A stretch of 44,129 nucleotides of DNA from Paraphysomonas bandaiensis (Eukaryota; Protista; Chrysophyceae), in NCBI GenBank assembly GCA_965644295.1, contig CBFFRP010000100.1, positions 1 through 44,129 of the forward strand. The letters run 5' to 3'. This document shows positions 22,943-36,505 of the stretch, piece by piece. How positions within the stretch are numbered: position 1 is the first letter of the stretch; each line of letters opens with the position of its first letter. The position numbers and the translations under genes were made by a program. The notes beneath the pieces were generated by a model. It was not told the origin of the DNA. It saw nothing but the letters and a program-made list of their open reading frames with translations, and ran no database searches.

Positions 22943-25900
22943 TTACATATGTAATGCAGGAGACATATACATAACCGCCTCTCCTACTGCTCTTCTCTTC
23001 CATATTTTCTTGTAAGATATATTGTAAAGTTCTTCATGGAGCTGAGCCACGAGCAGCTCTTTTTCCGACGGACCCGCTTCTTCTGGTCCTACTTCAAGTG
23101 GAACTTCGAGCTCATTGCTATTATCTTGGCCCATTTCTGGGGGAACTTCATCTCTGTCTTCCCCTAGCCCGTCGCCAGCATATTCCTCTTTGCCATCCTC
23201 TCCCTCTGCTGTAGGAAGCTCTTCTTCATTTTGTGCCTCTGTGGCAGCCTCTGCTGTACCATATTCCGCCTCATTCTCAGTGGTTTGTTCAGTTGCTGCA
23301 GGAGGCGCCTTGTAAATATCACCTTCTGCCCCTACCTCATCATCCATAGGCTCTATCGAACCCATGTCATACTCATTCTCACTTCCTTCATCTTCGGACA
23401 CATACGCCACGTCGTCGTCTTCTGGGAACTCAGGCATATCATGAATGTGCTGATACTTATTTACATCAGGCGACATAGCTAATTTACATGCTAAGAAAAG
23501 TTGTGCAGACGACAAAATCATTATTCTCATTGATTTTGCAAACGTCACAGGAGATGAGAGAGATGATTCTACATTAGGAAAAGCACGTGACAAACAAAAG
23601 GATCGAATGAAATCATCTGTAAGGGTCAAGAGTCTGCCCCTGAGTTCCGCTGGAAGAATATTTTTCCATATTGTTTCTATTGTTCGTTCGAGCCACATCT
23701 CAACCATCCCAGGAACGTCCATATCCACATCTCGCAAATCTGGAGGGCGTGAAAGTTCGCTAAGTCGTGATTTCTGATACGCCTCGCACATACCATTAAA
23801 TATATTTTCGTCCTGTTCAATCATTTGAAGAATATGCCGATAGCTTGGGTCCTGACGAATTATCAAGTTGATTTCATCTTGAACAAATACTCCAGGGGTA
23901 CCAGGACAAAACTTTGTGAACCATAGGGGAAGTGAAAGATAGTCAAACAGAGACGGTTTCGGGTTCAACTCATTGCCATACTCATCAACAGCACCATCTA
24001 TTCTGGACCCCATATTTTTCATTTCTGTATATACAACTGTAACAGTATCTCCGGAAGATGTCGTCCCTGTTCTTGTTTTACACTCGTATATAATATATCC
24101 ATCGGGGGTTAACTCGGTACACATAGCCTGCAATTCAATTTGCATTTCAGCTTTCAATCTCGTTTCTTCGTCTTTTTTCTTCGCCAATGCTTTCCTGCTG
24201 TTCCCCATTTTCTGGGTTTTCTTTTTGATTGCAGCAAGTTTCTCACGTTTTGCCTTCGCCAGTTTCTTCTCGTTTGAGCAGAAAATAGAATTCACCATTT
24301 GAATTACTAGCTGCCCATAGACCACAGTATATTCCACAGTACATAGAATTGTGCCTTCCTGATTGAACGACGGACACACAAGATTTATCGCCCTGCTAGG
24401 ATCACCAGAAATCCATATGTTCATCCACTCTTGCAATTTGTATCCAACCCGACTTTGGGGACTGAAAAGATTCCCAATTTTCGGAAGTACGATAATACGG
24501 GAGCCATAGGTTACATTAGAATTAACAACTTTCTCGTAAATTTCCCGAATATTTTCATCGTCATCGGTACAAAAATTTTCAATGGTCACCTTTTTGTTCG
24601 GAGATTCCCAAGGAATCCAAAGTGGTGGAGGAGGGACAAGATTCCTCATCCATTGCTGTAGAATAGTCTCCGCTGCACTGACTTTTGGGTCAAAATAAAT
24701 TCTATCTGGTTTTCTTATCCTCGGAATTTTCAATATATCGCTATCATTTATGTTGTCGGGTGTCAAGATGAGCATGTCGCCAATATAGGCATCAGGATCG
24801 CGGTCTTCTAAGTCCGCCTGATGTTGCTCTGCTTGGTTTTGCATCATTTCTTTAGTTTTCTTTACCCTAGGCCAAGCAGAATATATACGATCATCTTGAC
24901 ATACAAATTGATCGAAATACTCCTGTCGCACGCGGGACACAATAAGATTCAGAAGAGATGTGAGACTTCCGTCGTCATCCCCTGGCTCTTCGAATACATC
25001 CTCGCGTGACATGAATACGTTGAATCCTCTCATGAGCAATTCCCTATATGAAGGCTTGGAGAAAAATAATCTGTACTCCTGTCTGATTCTATCCATAACT
25101 TCATTAACGAATTTCTGCAATAAAGCTGCAATTTCTACATTCGGTGTTTTAGCCTTTTGAATTAACTCATTTAACCCCGGCATTGTTCTAACTTCATCTA
25201 ATATGGCCCCCACATCTACGTCTACATTAATATGTAGAACACAAGTGAGCCCATGAAACGGAACTCTGAAACGATTAATCAAGTCATGAATATAGTCCGA
25301 CGAATTTCTGGCAGGATCTTCTGCACCATGAGTTTCCGCATTCAATATCGCAATGTTTGTTTCGTCCCAGTTTATCGTAGTCTGAATCACGAAACTGTAG
25401 GCTTGCGTATTTTGAACTCCTTCATTGATATCAATGGTATATCTAGAGTCCAATTTCAACGGTCCAATTCGAACAACAATTGGTTTATACCTAACAAAAT
25501 TCATAGTACGGGCTAATTGTTTACCCGAAAAAAGATCCGTTGCAATCATAGTGATAGATACATCTCTATCAACTTCAAATAAAACGGGAACCATCATTCG
25601 CGAACCGTCCTTCGTATCCGTCACGTATGGGGCACCTAACACAGGTCCCACCAAAAGTACAGCATCTTTCCCGGAACATATTTCCCGTGGACCAGATGAT
25701 GGGATTTTTTTGAAATCCCAAGTACCAGTAGCCATCCATGTATCAAACCAGAATCTCATCACTCCATATACACCGTTACTAGGCTCCTGCCATATGTCCA
25801 TTTCGCCTGAGTGCTTTCCACCTACGCCCGTTCGACTAGAGTCTAGACGAACTGTGTCTAAACCATGCAGTCTATGGCTATACTTTATACCTTCAATGCG

Positions 25901-28900
25901 TCCCTTCAGTCGAAAACTGTCAAGTGTTAGAGGGGGGAGTCCACTGAAAGCCTCTGACACACATGAAAACTTCCCGAGGCAAACCTGTTGAATTTTCATT
26001 CCCGACCTAATGTCTTGGATGTTAGTGACATAAGACACATCCGAAGTACACACAAGAGTTGCAGTTTTCCCAGAGTATTGGTTCTTTTTAGGCACAAGCC
26101 ACTTAAATAGCTGTTGCAAAAACTTTAACGTGTCTTCAGTAGGTGGGTTCCAGAGAGGTCTTGTTGAAGACATATCAGGATCAACCAGCTCCAAAGGAAC
26201 AACAGGATATTGAGAGCAAATTACTAATTGATTTACTGTCTTATCCACAAGAATCTGTCGAACTTGTTTCCACTGATTCTCACTCATGAAAGCAGCCGAA
26301 AATGTCAACGCCTTGATTCCACTTTTCTCGGATTCATTTTTCTCATCAGGTTCCTCATCATCAGCGTCTTCTATTTCATCTTTACCAACTTCACTTACAG
26401 TTTCACTGCCACCTGTCAGGTTAGTTACTGTTCTCATTTTTGTAGAGCTCTCATACTCGAGCTGCTGTGACGTTTGATCGAGGCAGGCCACACACACAGA
26501 ACCCTCATCCCACCTGAAGAAATGATTGTATGACCGTTTATTCCAATTGCGAAGGGAATATATGTAAGACAATAAATTCTTTTGGTACAGCTTCCTGATC
26601 AGACCCAGTGCAATAAAGTCTCTATTGGAACATACATGTTCATCGATCGTGTCCCATATATCTTTCTCTGACAGCCAATACTCAGCATTATAGAGAGGAA
26701 TATTTGATGCACTTTGAAACACATCTTTTATGGCAGGTTCGATAATCCATATGAGTCGTAGTGAATCTTCAATGGTTTGTATCAATTGCATTTGATAAAG
26801 CCTGGCAAGTGCAGATGTTTTTGCCTCTTCTTCGTTGTCCAAATTATACCTTTTTACGATTTGAACTAGTGGTCCAGCCAGTTGGCGAATTATGCGAGAA
26901 AGTAACGCATGTGACCCTATATGAAATACAGCACTACTTGTGCAAGCCAGGCCCTTCATTCGCGAGCTGAGTGCTAACCAAGGACGTCTATACGAAGGGT
27001 CGTTTCCACCCGTAAAAGCAACTGGATTCCGTACACTACTTACTTTCGAAACGTACGACTTCACCATAGCTTCAGTTTGTATATGGGCAAAGCTGACCAT
27101 TTGCTGAGTTGATATATCTGCAATGAGATTCTTCGCGACAGGAAATAACTCCAAGTGCTCTTCTCCAATAAACACGACCTCGGAATATAAAGACGTCGCA
27201 GAAAGTGTTCTGAACTTTCCCAATGCAACACTCCCATTTATCTCAGGTAAGAATATTTCGTAAACTTCGCCATTCTGTAAACCTTCGAAATCAAACCGAA
27301 CAGGAATATACGGGGTAAAATTTTTCAAAAGTTCTATGCTATTCTCTGGGCTCTCCACAGATCTCAAAACACATTTCAGATTGGCAACACGGCGATTTAT
27401 TTCAAAGAGAATACTGCATGTCGAGCTCGTAACTTTTCCTACTATAGGCCCAACAACAATCTCAATGTTATCTATGTCATGTGCAATCATCTTCACGACA
27501 ATATGATTGTGGTACCCGTAGTAGTCAACAATCTTGGCCCTGTCATCCAACGTATCTTCCTGAGGGCCAGCAACAGACACAACTTTGTATATGATATGGT
27601 TCTTAACACCATTCTTACCACCGTTTCCATGCAAATGAAAAAAAGGTTTAACTACCTGAAAAGGTGTTCCATATGGTAGATCCGTTTTCGGATTGTTCCC
27701 ATCACATGTGTATGTGGTAAAGTGAAAATTACTGTTCAATTTGCAATGTCCGAGTGGAACCATAATAGTTTCATCAGCCGCGTTTATTCCGGTATATATG
27801 GGAAATATAAAATGACGAAACCCACTCTTCGCTGGGGTAGAAGCACGATGAATATAACACACCAAAATTTCCGCAACGTTAACCACAGTGTATAGTTGAC
27901 AATCTCTCCCAACACCACCCGATTTCCACAATAATAGTTTGTCGAAAACTTCCGTTAAGACACTGCCATACTTTCGATTAGTGTAGTGTTTACTCCTATC
28001 CCATATTGTACATCCCTCTACTGTGTTTTCAGTGTAGCGCACAAGTGGTTTCGAAGAAAATATCTGTATATTCTCGATATCAGGAAAATTTGCTATAGTA
28101 TTCAATGCCTCCGACAACTTAAGGAGAGAATTTGTAGAATTTTGTAATAATGATAGCCGACAGAACCTTCCATTCGACGAAACACTGATACCACCAATGC
28201 TTTCATCTTCCATCTCAAGATATCCTTTGTTTATTCGGTTGGTGGACCTCGACTCTTCTCCAAGTCCACAATGTACAACGCTGCTCATTCTGCATAGAAC
28301 TTTCATTTCCTCACTATAGTTCTTGGCAAGGAAAGCAGGCAATTCATTCTCCAGCGAGCTCAACTTCACATTTTTGAGAGTATTGCTCTGAATAATATGC
28401 ACTGCTGCAGCAAGTGGTCGCCTGGAGCCATCAAGTTGATCTTTCATACGATGAACGATTTCCGACGCATACATACAATCGACTTCTGACATGGCAGACA
28501 CAAGAGAAGTGCTGACACAGCTTGTCGCCTTATCAAATGTTCTGAAATGAACAAACATAGGAGGGATTGATGAACCATGTGTGACTTCCTCGTGAACACC
28601 ACAATTACTAGGTGCTGGAGGCGTCAAAGATGTTTTTATCACAATACAATAGGCGCAAAACGGCGTAAGGTTTTTGAAACTACATTTTATTCTTGAACGT
28701 TCAACACATCTCCCGTACTCTACATCCAAAAGAGTCATCGAATTCAGTTCTTGCGATACTAACCGACTAACATCATCATAAGTCACCATACAGGGTACCT
28801 CATAAAGATTACACACTATATACCCATGCCCTTTTGCAGAGACCTCAACACAAACATGAGTATCCGAAATGTCCGTAATTTTTGGACCGTCTGTTACATC

Positions 28901-31420
28901 AGCACCACGCAACAACAATGGAGAGCGCGTCATACACATGTCAGCCGCACGGCTGAAAGGAACAAATGATAATGGAGATGGATTTCGACCGTGGGTAGAA
29001 TCCAAAACTGCGCTTCTGGGTGTCGAACAAGGCAGGGCGTACTCGATTGTCGTTTTCTGGTTAAATGACGCTTTAATCCTATCAAATAACACGATCGTCT
29101 CGTAACATTCACTCGTGGACACTTCTTCGGTTGGCTCCAGCGAGACATGACTGATACAACGCTCCAGATCTCCATCAAGACAAAGAGAAAAATCAGCTCC
29201 ATGACTCCAATTACAAGAAATAATTGTTATCCTCCGGCTTCCAACAGACGCCAACTTCATCCACCCATGCAAAGCGCGTACGATACCATTAAACACTCTA
29301 TCGCCACCACGTTGAACTTCGCTATCAAGGTTCGGGTAGCGGTAAGTTGTATCTACTACAGGTGTAGATGTTGCTGCAGTATACGCACCATGGATGAGCT
29401 CGTGTTTGCCTCGCAGTTTTACTTCCGGTTTATCTGATTCTATAGACTCCTGCGACTGTATATGAGGTGTGCTGTCATCCTCGTCCCACAAAGATACAGG
29501 TTTCATTAGGTCATGAAGGGACGAAACCACAATAAGAATATGATTCGGTCCATTATCTCCGAGTATGTTATCTCTAGCGGACATATCCCTTACTTCTTCT
29601 GCTATGGCAACTCCTATCTGTGGTGAAGGGCACACTCCAGGTAGTGCAAGGAAGACCCGAGCTCTTCCTCTGTCAAATTTATGTACTGGAGGACGGAAGG
29701 GGGCAGCGTAGTCCATATAAATCGATGCAACTGTCTTATTAAACTCTTCAAAATAAGTAGAAGAAAGTGTATCGTTTAGTTTTTTCTTCCATTCAGGAAT
29801 CGTCCAGTCACAGCTGCAAGCAAATATTTGATTCAAACCAGTACGCTCACACATCATGCCGTCGATGGCAACATCACCGAGTCCAGTAATACTTGTGAAC
29901 TTTTCTTCACATTCACGCCAAGAACAGCGATAGTGCGTTTCCACCATGGAGCCCAGGACACCTGCGAGTCGCTGAGGTGAGAATATAGATCCTTCCATCG
30001 CAACAGAAGCAAAGGTTTTGCAGATCTGGTTTAACACCTATATCAAAGAAAAGTTAGGTTGGAAGGGTCGATTTTAGGTGCTTTACCGTATCAGCGGGAC
30101 AGAGACACCCGGTGAACACACTCGTTAAACTTCCAACAGAGAGTGGCTGACGCCCATGCAACATTGAATCCAACTGAGTCACTGACATCGTTGCAGGATG
30201 AAAGCTAACCTTCGACTGTCAAATGCATACATCACAAACGCCAAATTAAGAAACATCTGGAATACCTCTTTTGGCGAGTCACTAACATGACCCTGCAAAG
30301 TTCTAAATGTAACCGGTGGAAACCTCATGGTCGCGGTATATATCGTAATTACATACTGAGAGTCAGGTTGCATGTTGGATGATATATCCAGTCGTAATGA
30401 AGGCACAGCAGAGCCGCTACCATTCTGTGTACCATTACGCCCCCCCCAGTGAACCTGCTTCCGTGACCGAGCTCGATACGTCTTTTCACAGCATTCTTTG
30501 GGGTCATTGTCCATGCGCTGGTTTTTGAGGCGCTTCGTAAGTTCGTAGAGAGGGTACGGTGCGGAATACACTGTGTCGATCTGTGCAAACACATCGCTAC
30601 AGTAGATGTCTGTTGCTGGCACAAGAAAAGAAACTGATTTATCTCCCAGATACAATATATGAGGAATAGTTTTACACAACTCTGTGCTCTGATGGTCCAA
30701 TTTTAAAACACCAAAACTTCTGTCTGGAGTACTGGTGATGGTAGAGAGCATACTGGACAGGGCATCAACCCGTGCGTCTAATGACAAACATATCTCCAAC
30801 ATACGATTTATAAGACGAACAAATTTGAAGGTCACATTGGTCTCTGTGCTATTTTGGACCCATTGATAAAACTCAGTAAATGATAAGCTAGGGTGAAACC
30901 CACTCCGTCCACCATCATTTCGTATTCTTGCCTTGAATGCCAGGTAGGCAGCATCGTCTTCGGTCAGCTCTGTGCTCTTCAGAGCTCCAATCTTTTTCAG
31001 ACATAAACCAACTCGGTGAATGAGTGTGGCATGTTCTGATTCAAGCATACCTTCTGGTGCAGACACTGCAAAGAAGCTATACAATAACTCCGATTTTTCC
31101 TTCATACGACCCCGGCAAGTTATCGTAAGGATTATTAGCACGTCCAATATGTTTACCAGGGGTTCCTCACCATTGTGGTAGTCAACAGACAAGCGTTGTA
31201 GTAAAGGTTGTATGACTTCTCTATGCTCAGGAAAATATCGTAGACAATAGTCTGCTGATTCCCCACAAAACTGCAGAGTGTCCCCATGCCGCCTGGCCAC
31301 ACTCTTGTCTTGCTCAAATAGAACGATGGCATCTTTAACCACAACTAAAGGTAGTTGGAAATACGGTAATATAGAATCCACAAACTTGACTAGTTCGTTA
31401 TCTAGAAATGAACTTGTCAT
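22943..31420 (-). CDS. ~2790-aa protein: EF-hand-like N-terminus, repeated FN3/PhoD-like N-terminal modules, acidic tail; 3 exons
   Basis: Exons 31420-30266, 30215-30087 and 30037-22943 join in frame. Recurrent GPKITDIS, VVGPIVGKVTSSTCSILFE and LVGPVLG motifs. Confidence 0.7.
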
Positions 31421-32084
31421 TTAATGATTTAACATATGAGTATAACCACAGGCCCAGTTAGTAATAGATAGGAGCAAGCAGCGTCTATATCACACCATAC
31501 AGCATGATATAAAGTTGCATAAAAAACTCATATGTAATAAGAGAGTAGATATGAGATAGTATAGTGAACTTATGTCATTAATACATGTATCAGTGTACAT
31601 ATGCTGTTAAAGTCTATTGTATGTGTATATATACATACATGTTTGACAGAGTATGTCAATCTATGCACTGTATTGTACAGTATGTACAGCAGTATAATGT
31701 ATCCAATCAGCTTCTACTAAAAAAATATCGAAACGTTTACAATATTTTTCAGTTTTCAGTTTTCAGTTATTAGTTTTTACATACCATATCCTACGTACCA
31801 TACATACTGCAGTACAGCAGTGGAGTATATGAACGTCATACATACAAGTACACTACAGTTGTATTTGGATCCCACAGTGGGCTATATGAGAGTTCACTGT
31901 ACTATTCATCACACTTACATGCATAGGCATTACATGGATAGAACTATCTTGAATTCCATTAAACTATACTATTGAGTTTATCATTGAATTATATTCTAAC
32001 GAACATATTCTGAGTATTCATTTTTATTTAATTTCATTTATATTTCAAGTTATTTATTAGGATTTATATCTACACACACTCACC

Positions 32085-33389
32085 ATGCACTCTCCTTATC
32101 TAACTCCCACCTCTCGTTATAGAAAACAACATCAAGGTTCCAATGAATCTCCTGCTTCTAATTACAGTAGTGTTGCAGTTGTTTGTATCAGTATGGGATA
32201 TATATTTGCGATGGGTGTATGCGGATTTATTGTGGTGGCACTTGGATCAACTCTGTCTTCACTAGCTGCTAATGTCGGCTACTCTGCCTATGATATTGGT
32301 ACAGTGTTTGTTGCTAGAGGTGCGGGATGCATACTAGGAACTGTGGCTAGCTCAATTCTCTATAAACACTACAATGGAAACATTTTGATTACAACTACAG
32401 TTGTAGCTACTGTGTTTATATTGGGTTGGTTGCCTTATTGCGTGAGCTGGTATATGCTACACTTTGCGTACTTTGCTCTAGGATTTATCACTGCTGTGAC
32501 TGAAACTGGGAGCCAATTGATGATGGTAAAGTTCCACGGTGAAGATGCGGGTCCGTGGGTAGGCGCGAACTCAATGGCATTCTGTGTGAGTGGTATCATT
32601 GTGCCAGGAGTGCAGCTAATAACCACAGATATACGTGATGAATTTCTCTGCTACGCTTTATGTGTAGCATTTTCTGGGGTGTGGCTACTTATCTGTCCCG
32701 ATCCTGAGCAGAATGGCAGAATTAGTCCTCGCCAGAGCACTGATGATGATGATATGACAGAACACTACTGGGTAGAAGCTACGATTAGTCTGATGATTTT
32801 TTTAATGATTGGCGGGGGTGAATCGATTATGTTCTATATAAAAGTCTATGTAATGGACACGGATGTCATCGACGATAGCTACGCTACATGGCTTTTTCTA
32901 ATATTCTTTGTCTTCGTGACAGTTGGAAAGATACTCGGCATTGTTGACCAGAGTTACCTGACTAATGATACTATTGTACCTCACTTTTTAGTCCTTTTAA
33001 TTGGCTCCGCACTTCCATTAGCTGGAATATGGGCGTTTCCTGACAGTTCCTGGTTCTTATGGGTTGGTATTTCTCTCTTTGGTGCTTGTCAAGGACCCGC
33101 AATTAGTTATTGTTTCGACTTGTGCAACCGTTTCACTTATCCCTCAGAGTTGTCGATGTCAATACTTATGCTGGGTCTAAACCTCGGTGTGTCTATTGTG
33201 CCCTACTTTTCTTCTCTTCTATGGGCTCTTTATTTAGGGCCTATAGCGATTATAGTAGTGGGTGTCGTGACAATGGGGCTCTGTGTGCCTTTGCTTTTGT
33301 TGTGCAGACGGCTGTCTTATATTACCGCTATCAATAACTACACTCGGATTGAAGATGGTGGAAGCACTATTCAAATGATGAATGCGTAG
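32085..33389 (+). CDS. Major facilitator superfamily transporter (MFSD4/fucose-permease-like)
   Basis: Intronless 434-aa ORF with about 12 hydrophobic segments in a 6+6 arrangement; motifs ALGSTLSSLA and ARGAGCILGT. Confidence 0.88.
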   Translation: MHSPYLTPTSRYRKQHQGSNESPASNYSSVAVVCISMGYIFAMGVCGFIVVALGSTLSSLAANVGYSAYDIGTVFVARGAGCILGTVASSILYKHYNGNILITTTVVATVFILGWLPYCVSWYMLHFAYFALGFITAVTETGSQLMMVKFHGEDAGPWVGANSMAFCVSGIIVPGVQLITTDIRDEFLCYALCVAFSGVWLLICPDPEQNGRISPRQSTDDDDMTEHYWVEATISLMIFLMIGGGESIMFYIKVYVMDTDVIDDSYATWLFLIFFVFVTVGKILGIVDQSYLTNDTIVPHFLVLLIGSALPLAGIWAFPDSSWFLWVGISLFGACQGPAISYCFDLCNRFTYPSELSMSILMLGLNLGVSIVPYFSSLLWALYLGPIAIIVVGVVTMGLCVPLLLLCRRLSYITAINNYTRIEDGGSTIQMMNA

Positions 33390-33688
33390 TAAGCATTATA
33401 TAATAGCCTTTAGAGTACACTATTTCTCTAGTACAATATAATAGTATGACGTTGAATGTTTAGACAAGTTTAAGTTAATTAAATATCGAACTCAATCGAA
33501 CAGAGTCTATTAAATATTTAGAAGCAACCCAGCTGCCGAGTGTGATGGATGCTGAGCCGAAAGTACCATAATTTAAAGTATGTGATTTATCCTGCAACAA
33601 CTCATTGAATTGCCAATTAAATTAATTGGCTTGAAATGATATTGCAATTATTGTTGTTGGATGTTTCTCACCAATTATTCGACTGGCC

Positions 33689-33982
33689 TATTAGAATATG
33701 GATCTTATTCTAGTATATTCAGTATGTCACTTCAAGACAATGTACGAGAATACAGTGAAATATAGTGATGTACAAATGCTGTGATGATATTGAGAAACTG
33801 AAATAGTTTGATCGTTCAAGATATGTTCAGTAACGAGAGGTTCGCATATGTAGGATATTATGCAGGGATTATAATGAGTTAGTGTTGGTTATCACAACTT
33901 CGTGTAAACGATATTAATAAATCTATCTAGTCTTACGACAAATTCTCTCTGTGATCTAGTGTAAAATGAGCGTTTCTCAACA
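33689..33982 (+). repeat. 5' LTR, 294 bp, TATT...AACA
   Basis: Matches 43840-44129 with no mismatch seen and is followed directly by TGGTAGC. Confidence 0.95.
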
Positions 33983-36200
33983 TGGTAGCGAGCGAGGAGG
34001 AGAGAAGGAGGATAGAGGAGTAGTGCCACAGTTTAATGAGAGCAATGTTGAACAATGGATTGAAGACTTCGAAACGTTCCTCATGAGGAAAGAGCAAAGT
34101 GAAGTAGCTGTGGAGCCACCACCGAAGGAGAGCGACTTCGGGGAACAGCCACTCACGTTAATGGAGGAGAAGTCTTACAGACAGGCTGTGAAGAAGTACT
34201 GGAAGGCGAATGCCATAGCGTATTCGTACTGCAGAGAGGCAGTGCAATCATCTTCGAAGGCGCTTCAGAAATTCCATCTTCTACATAAAGGGTTCAAGGC
34301 TGATGGAAGTGGAAGCAACAGGTTTAAGGCGCATATTATGATTGATGAGTTGAAGAAGTGCTTTGCTGGAGGAAAGCAAAACAAGATCAGTGAGCTGTTG
34401 ACTCAGTATGGCTCTTTCCGTATGCGTCCGGAGGAGACTGCGAAGGACTATATAATACGGTTTGAAATACTGCTGAAAGAGCTACAGGAGCAGCAGCAGG
34501 ACATATCGGAGCTCTCAAAAATAACACGGTTACGAGAAGGTCTGTTGAATGAAGAATATGCTCCTCTGAATGTTGCTTTGTATTTGATGCCTGATGATGT
34601 TGATTATGCAACATTATCAAGGAAGATAGAACGGTATGATGATACCATTCCTGGAAGGATTGCGTTAGAGCGGAAACGCAAGAAGGTGGAGGAGCTGAAC
34701 TTCATTGAAAAGAGCAAACGGTCTCGAACGGAACGGGATAAGCGTAAGAAGGGCAACTGTAGATATTGCAGGAAAGAAGGAATTCCTCATAGCCATTCAA
34801 CTGAACAGTGCAGGAGGAAGCAGAGGAAGAAGGATGGAGAGATATCAGGGCAGCGTCCTGGAAGTGCTGAATACACGGGATGCAGAAATTGCAAGTCTCT
34901 GGAACATCTTGCTGCTGATTGTCCAACGACGAAGAAAAAGCATTCTAGAAGAGGAGAGAAAGGGAAGAATCATGGTAGGAAGCCGGACAAAAGGCTGCTG
35001 ACAGTAGAGAATATACGGCGTGGAGAACCAGCAGATTTCTCTGATGAAGATGAAGCTAATATGATCGAGGATGTTATGAAATTGTCATGCAATATACATG
35101 AAACGAATATATGTAGTGTAAATGATGACATGCATTATACATATATTGACACCTGCTGTTCATCATCAATGTTCTTGATGAATGATGTGACCATGCTTGA
35201 CACTCATATGAATACATCAAAGGTGATAAACGGATCTAAGAAGGGATCAGAGATTCATATCACAAGTGTGGGTTCCCGTGGAGCATGGAGAGACATAGAA
35301 ATTTCAGATCAGATCAATCGATGCCTGTGCTCCGGACGTAAGCTGAACGAAATGGGCTATCGATTCACGGTGTGGTATGGGATCCAAATTTATGACTGTA
35401 ATACCGGTGAGCTGGTACTGGAGGGACCCATGAAGAATGGAATGACTGCAGTTCCAACTCAGCAGCTGTTGGAGCTTCCAGATGTGTCTACACCGAGTAA
35501 TTGTGAAGTAAATCTTAGCGATAGGACTGGTGAGGACGAGCTGGAGTTGCTGCATCGGAGAGCGGGTCACTTCAACAAACATGCTTTAGTAGAGGCACAT
35601 AAGAGGATGCTCATCATGGGTACAGGGTTGAAACGGAAACACCTCACAGCCAAGGTACACAAAAATCAGTGTTTGTGTGATGTGTGTGCCAGGTCTAAGA
35701 TAACCCGAGTCAGCTTCCGAACGAAGGACGAGAATTCCGTTAGACCGAATTTTTCAGCAGATATCGCTGTGTACTTAAATTGTCCTGCTAGAGGAGGTGA
35801 GAGGTATGTGTTAAAGATAACGCATCATGCCAGCAAAATGTTCTGGGCGACGGGTTTAGTCCACAGAACTGGGGAAGCGGTCTTAGAAGTCTTCAAAGAG
35901 CTATTTAGAGGAGATGTTAGAAGGTACAAGCTCAAGATGGAGCACTATCATGCAGATGGTGCAAGAGAGTTAATCAGTGAAGAGCTGCGTCAGTATCTTA
36001 GGACACAAGAGTGCTATCAACATACGTGGAGCTCAACAGACTCTCCAGAAATGAATGCCATAGAGGAGAGGAAGTTCAGAACTGCTGGAGAGATGACTCT
36101 TGCAATGCTAATCCAATCTGGACTGCCACCGCAATTTTGGCTGGATGCATACATGGCAGCCAGATATATTTTGATTCGATTGCCAACGAAAACAGATAAA
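33966..36200 (+). CDS. Copia polyprotein part 1: Gag with Zn knuckles, protease, integrase
   Basis: CRNCKSLEHLAADC, YIDTCCS, LHRRAGH...CDVC, ADIA, ADGARE and EERKFR. Cut at RLPTKTDK by element A. Confidence 0.93.
33983..33993 (+). promoter_or_regulatory. Primer-binding site (TGGTAGCGAGC), tRNA-iMet-like
   Basis: TGG follows the LTR-terminal CA immediately. It resembles TGGTA(G/T)CAGAGC; the tRNA identity is inferred. Confidence 0.7.
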
Positions 36201-36505
36201 AAGTTGATGTGATGAACAAACCTGGAGAAGCGCTCTAAACCTGGTGAAATTTTGAAAATGTCGATTTAAGTTGTGTTTTTTATATGTTTTGCAATAAGTA
36301 ATGTAGTAGGTGTAAAGAGAACATGTTTTTGGAGACATTTAATAAGTTTTATATTAGTTACAGGTCCAAAAAGTGAGAATGTAACGGTTAATGTAACGGT
36401 TAATACATGCATACTATAGATAGCACTATTATATATATTACAAAGTGCTATCTATACTTACAAGCGATAATCAACTGAACTTCTGGTACGTTTACCAGTA
36501 ATAAT

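Noticed and set aside
36415-36456. 13-bp inverted repeat TATAGATAGCACT...AGTGCTATCTATA as a further nested element
   Set aside because: Too short and no TSD. It may be a 3'-UTR or intron hairpin of cargo gene 1.
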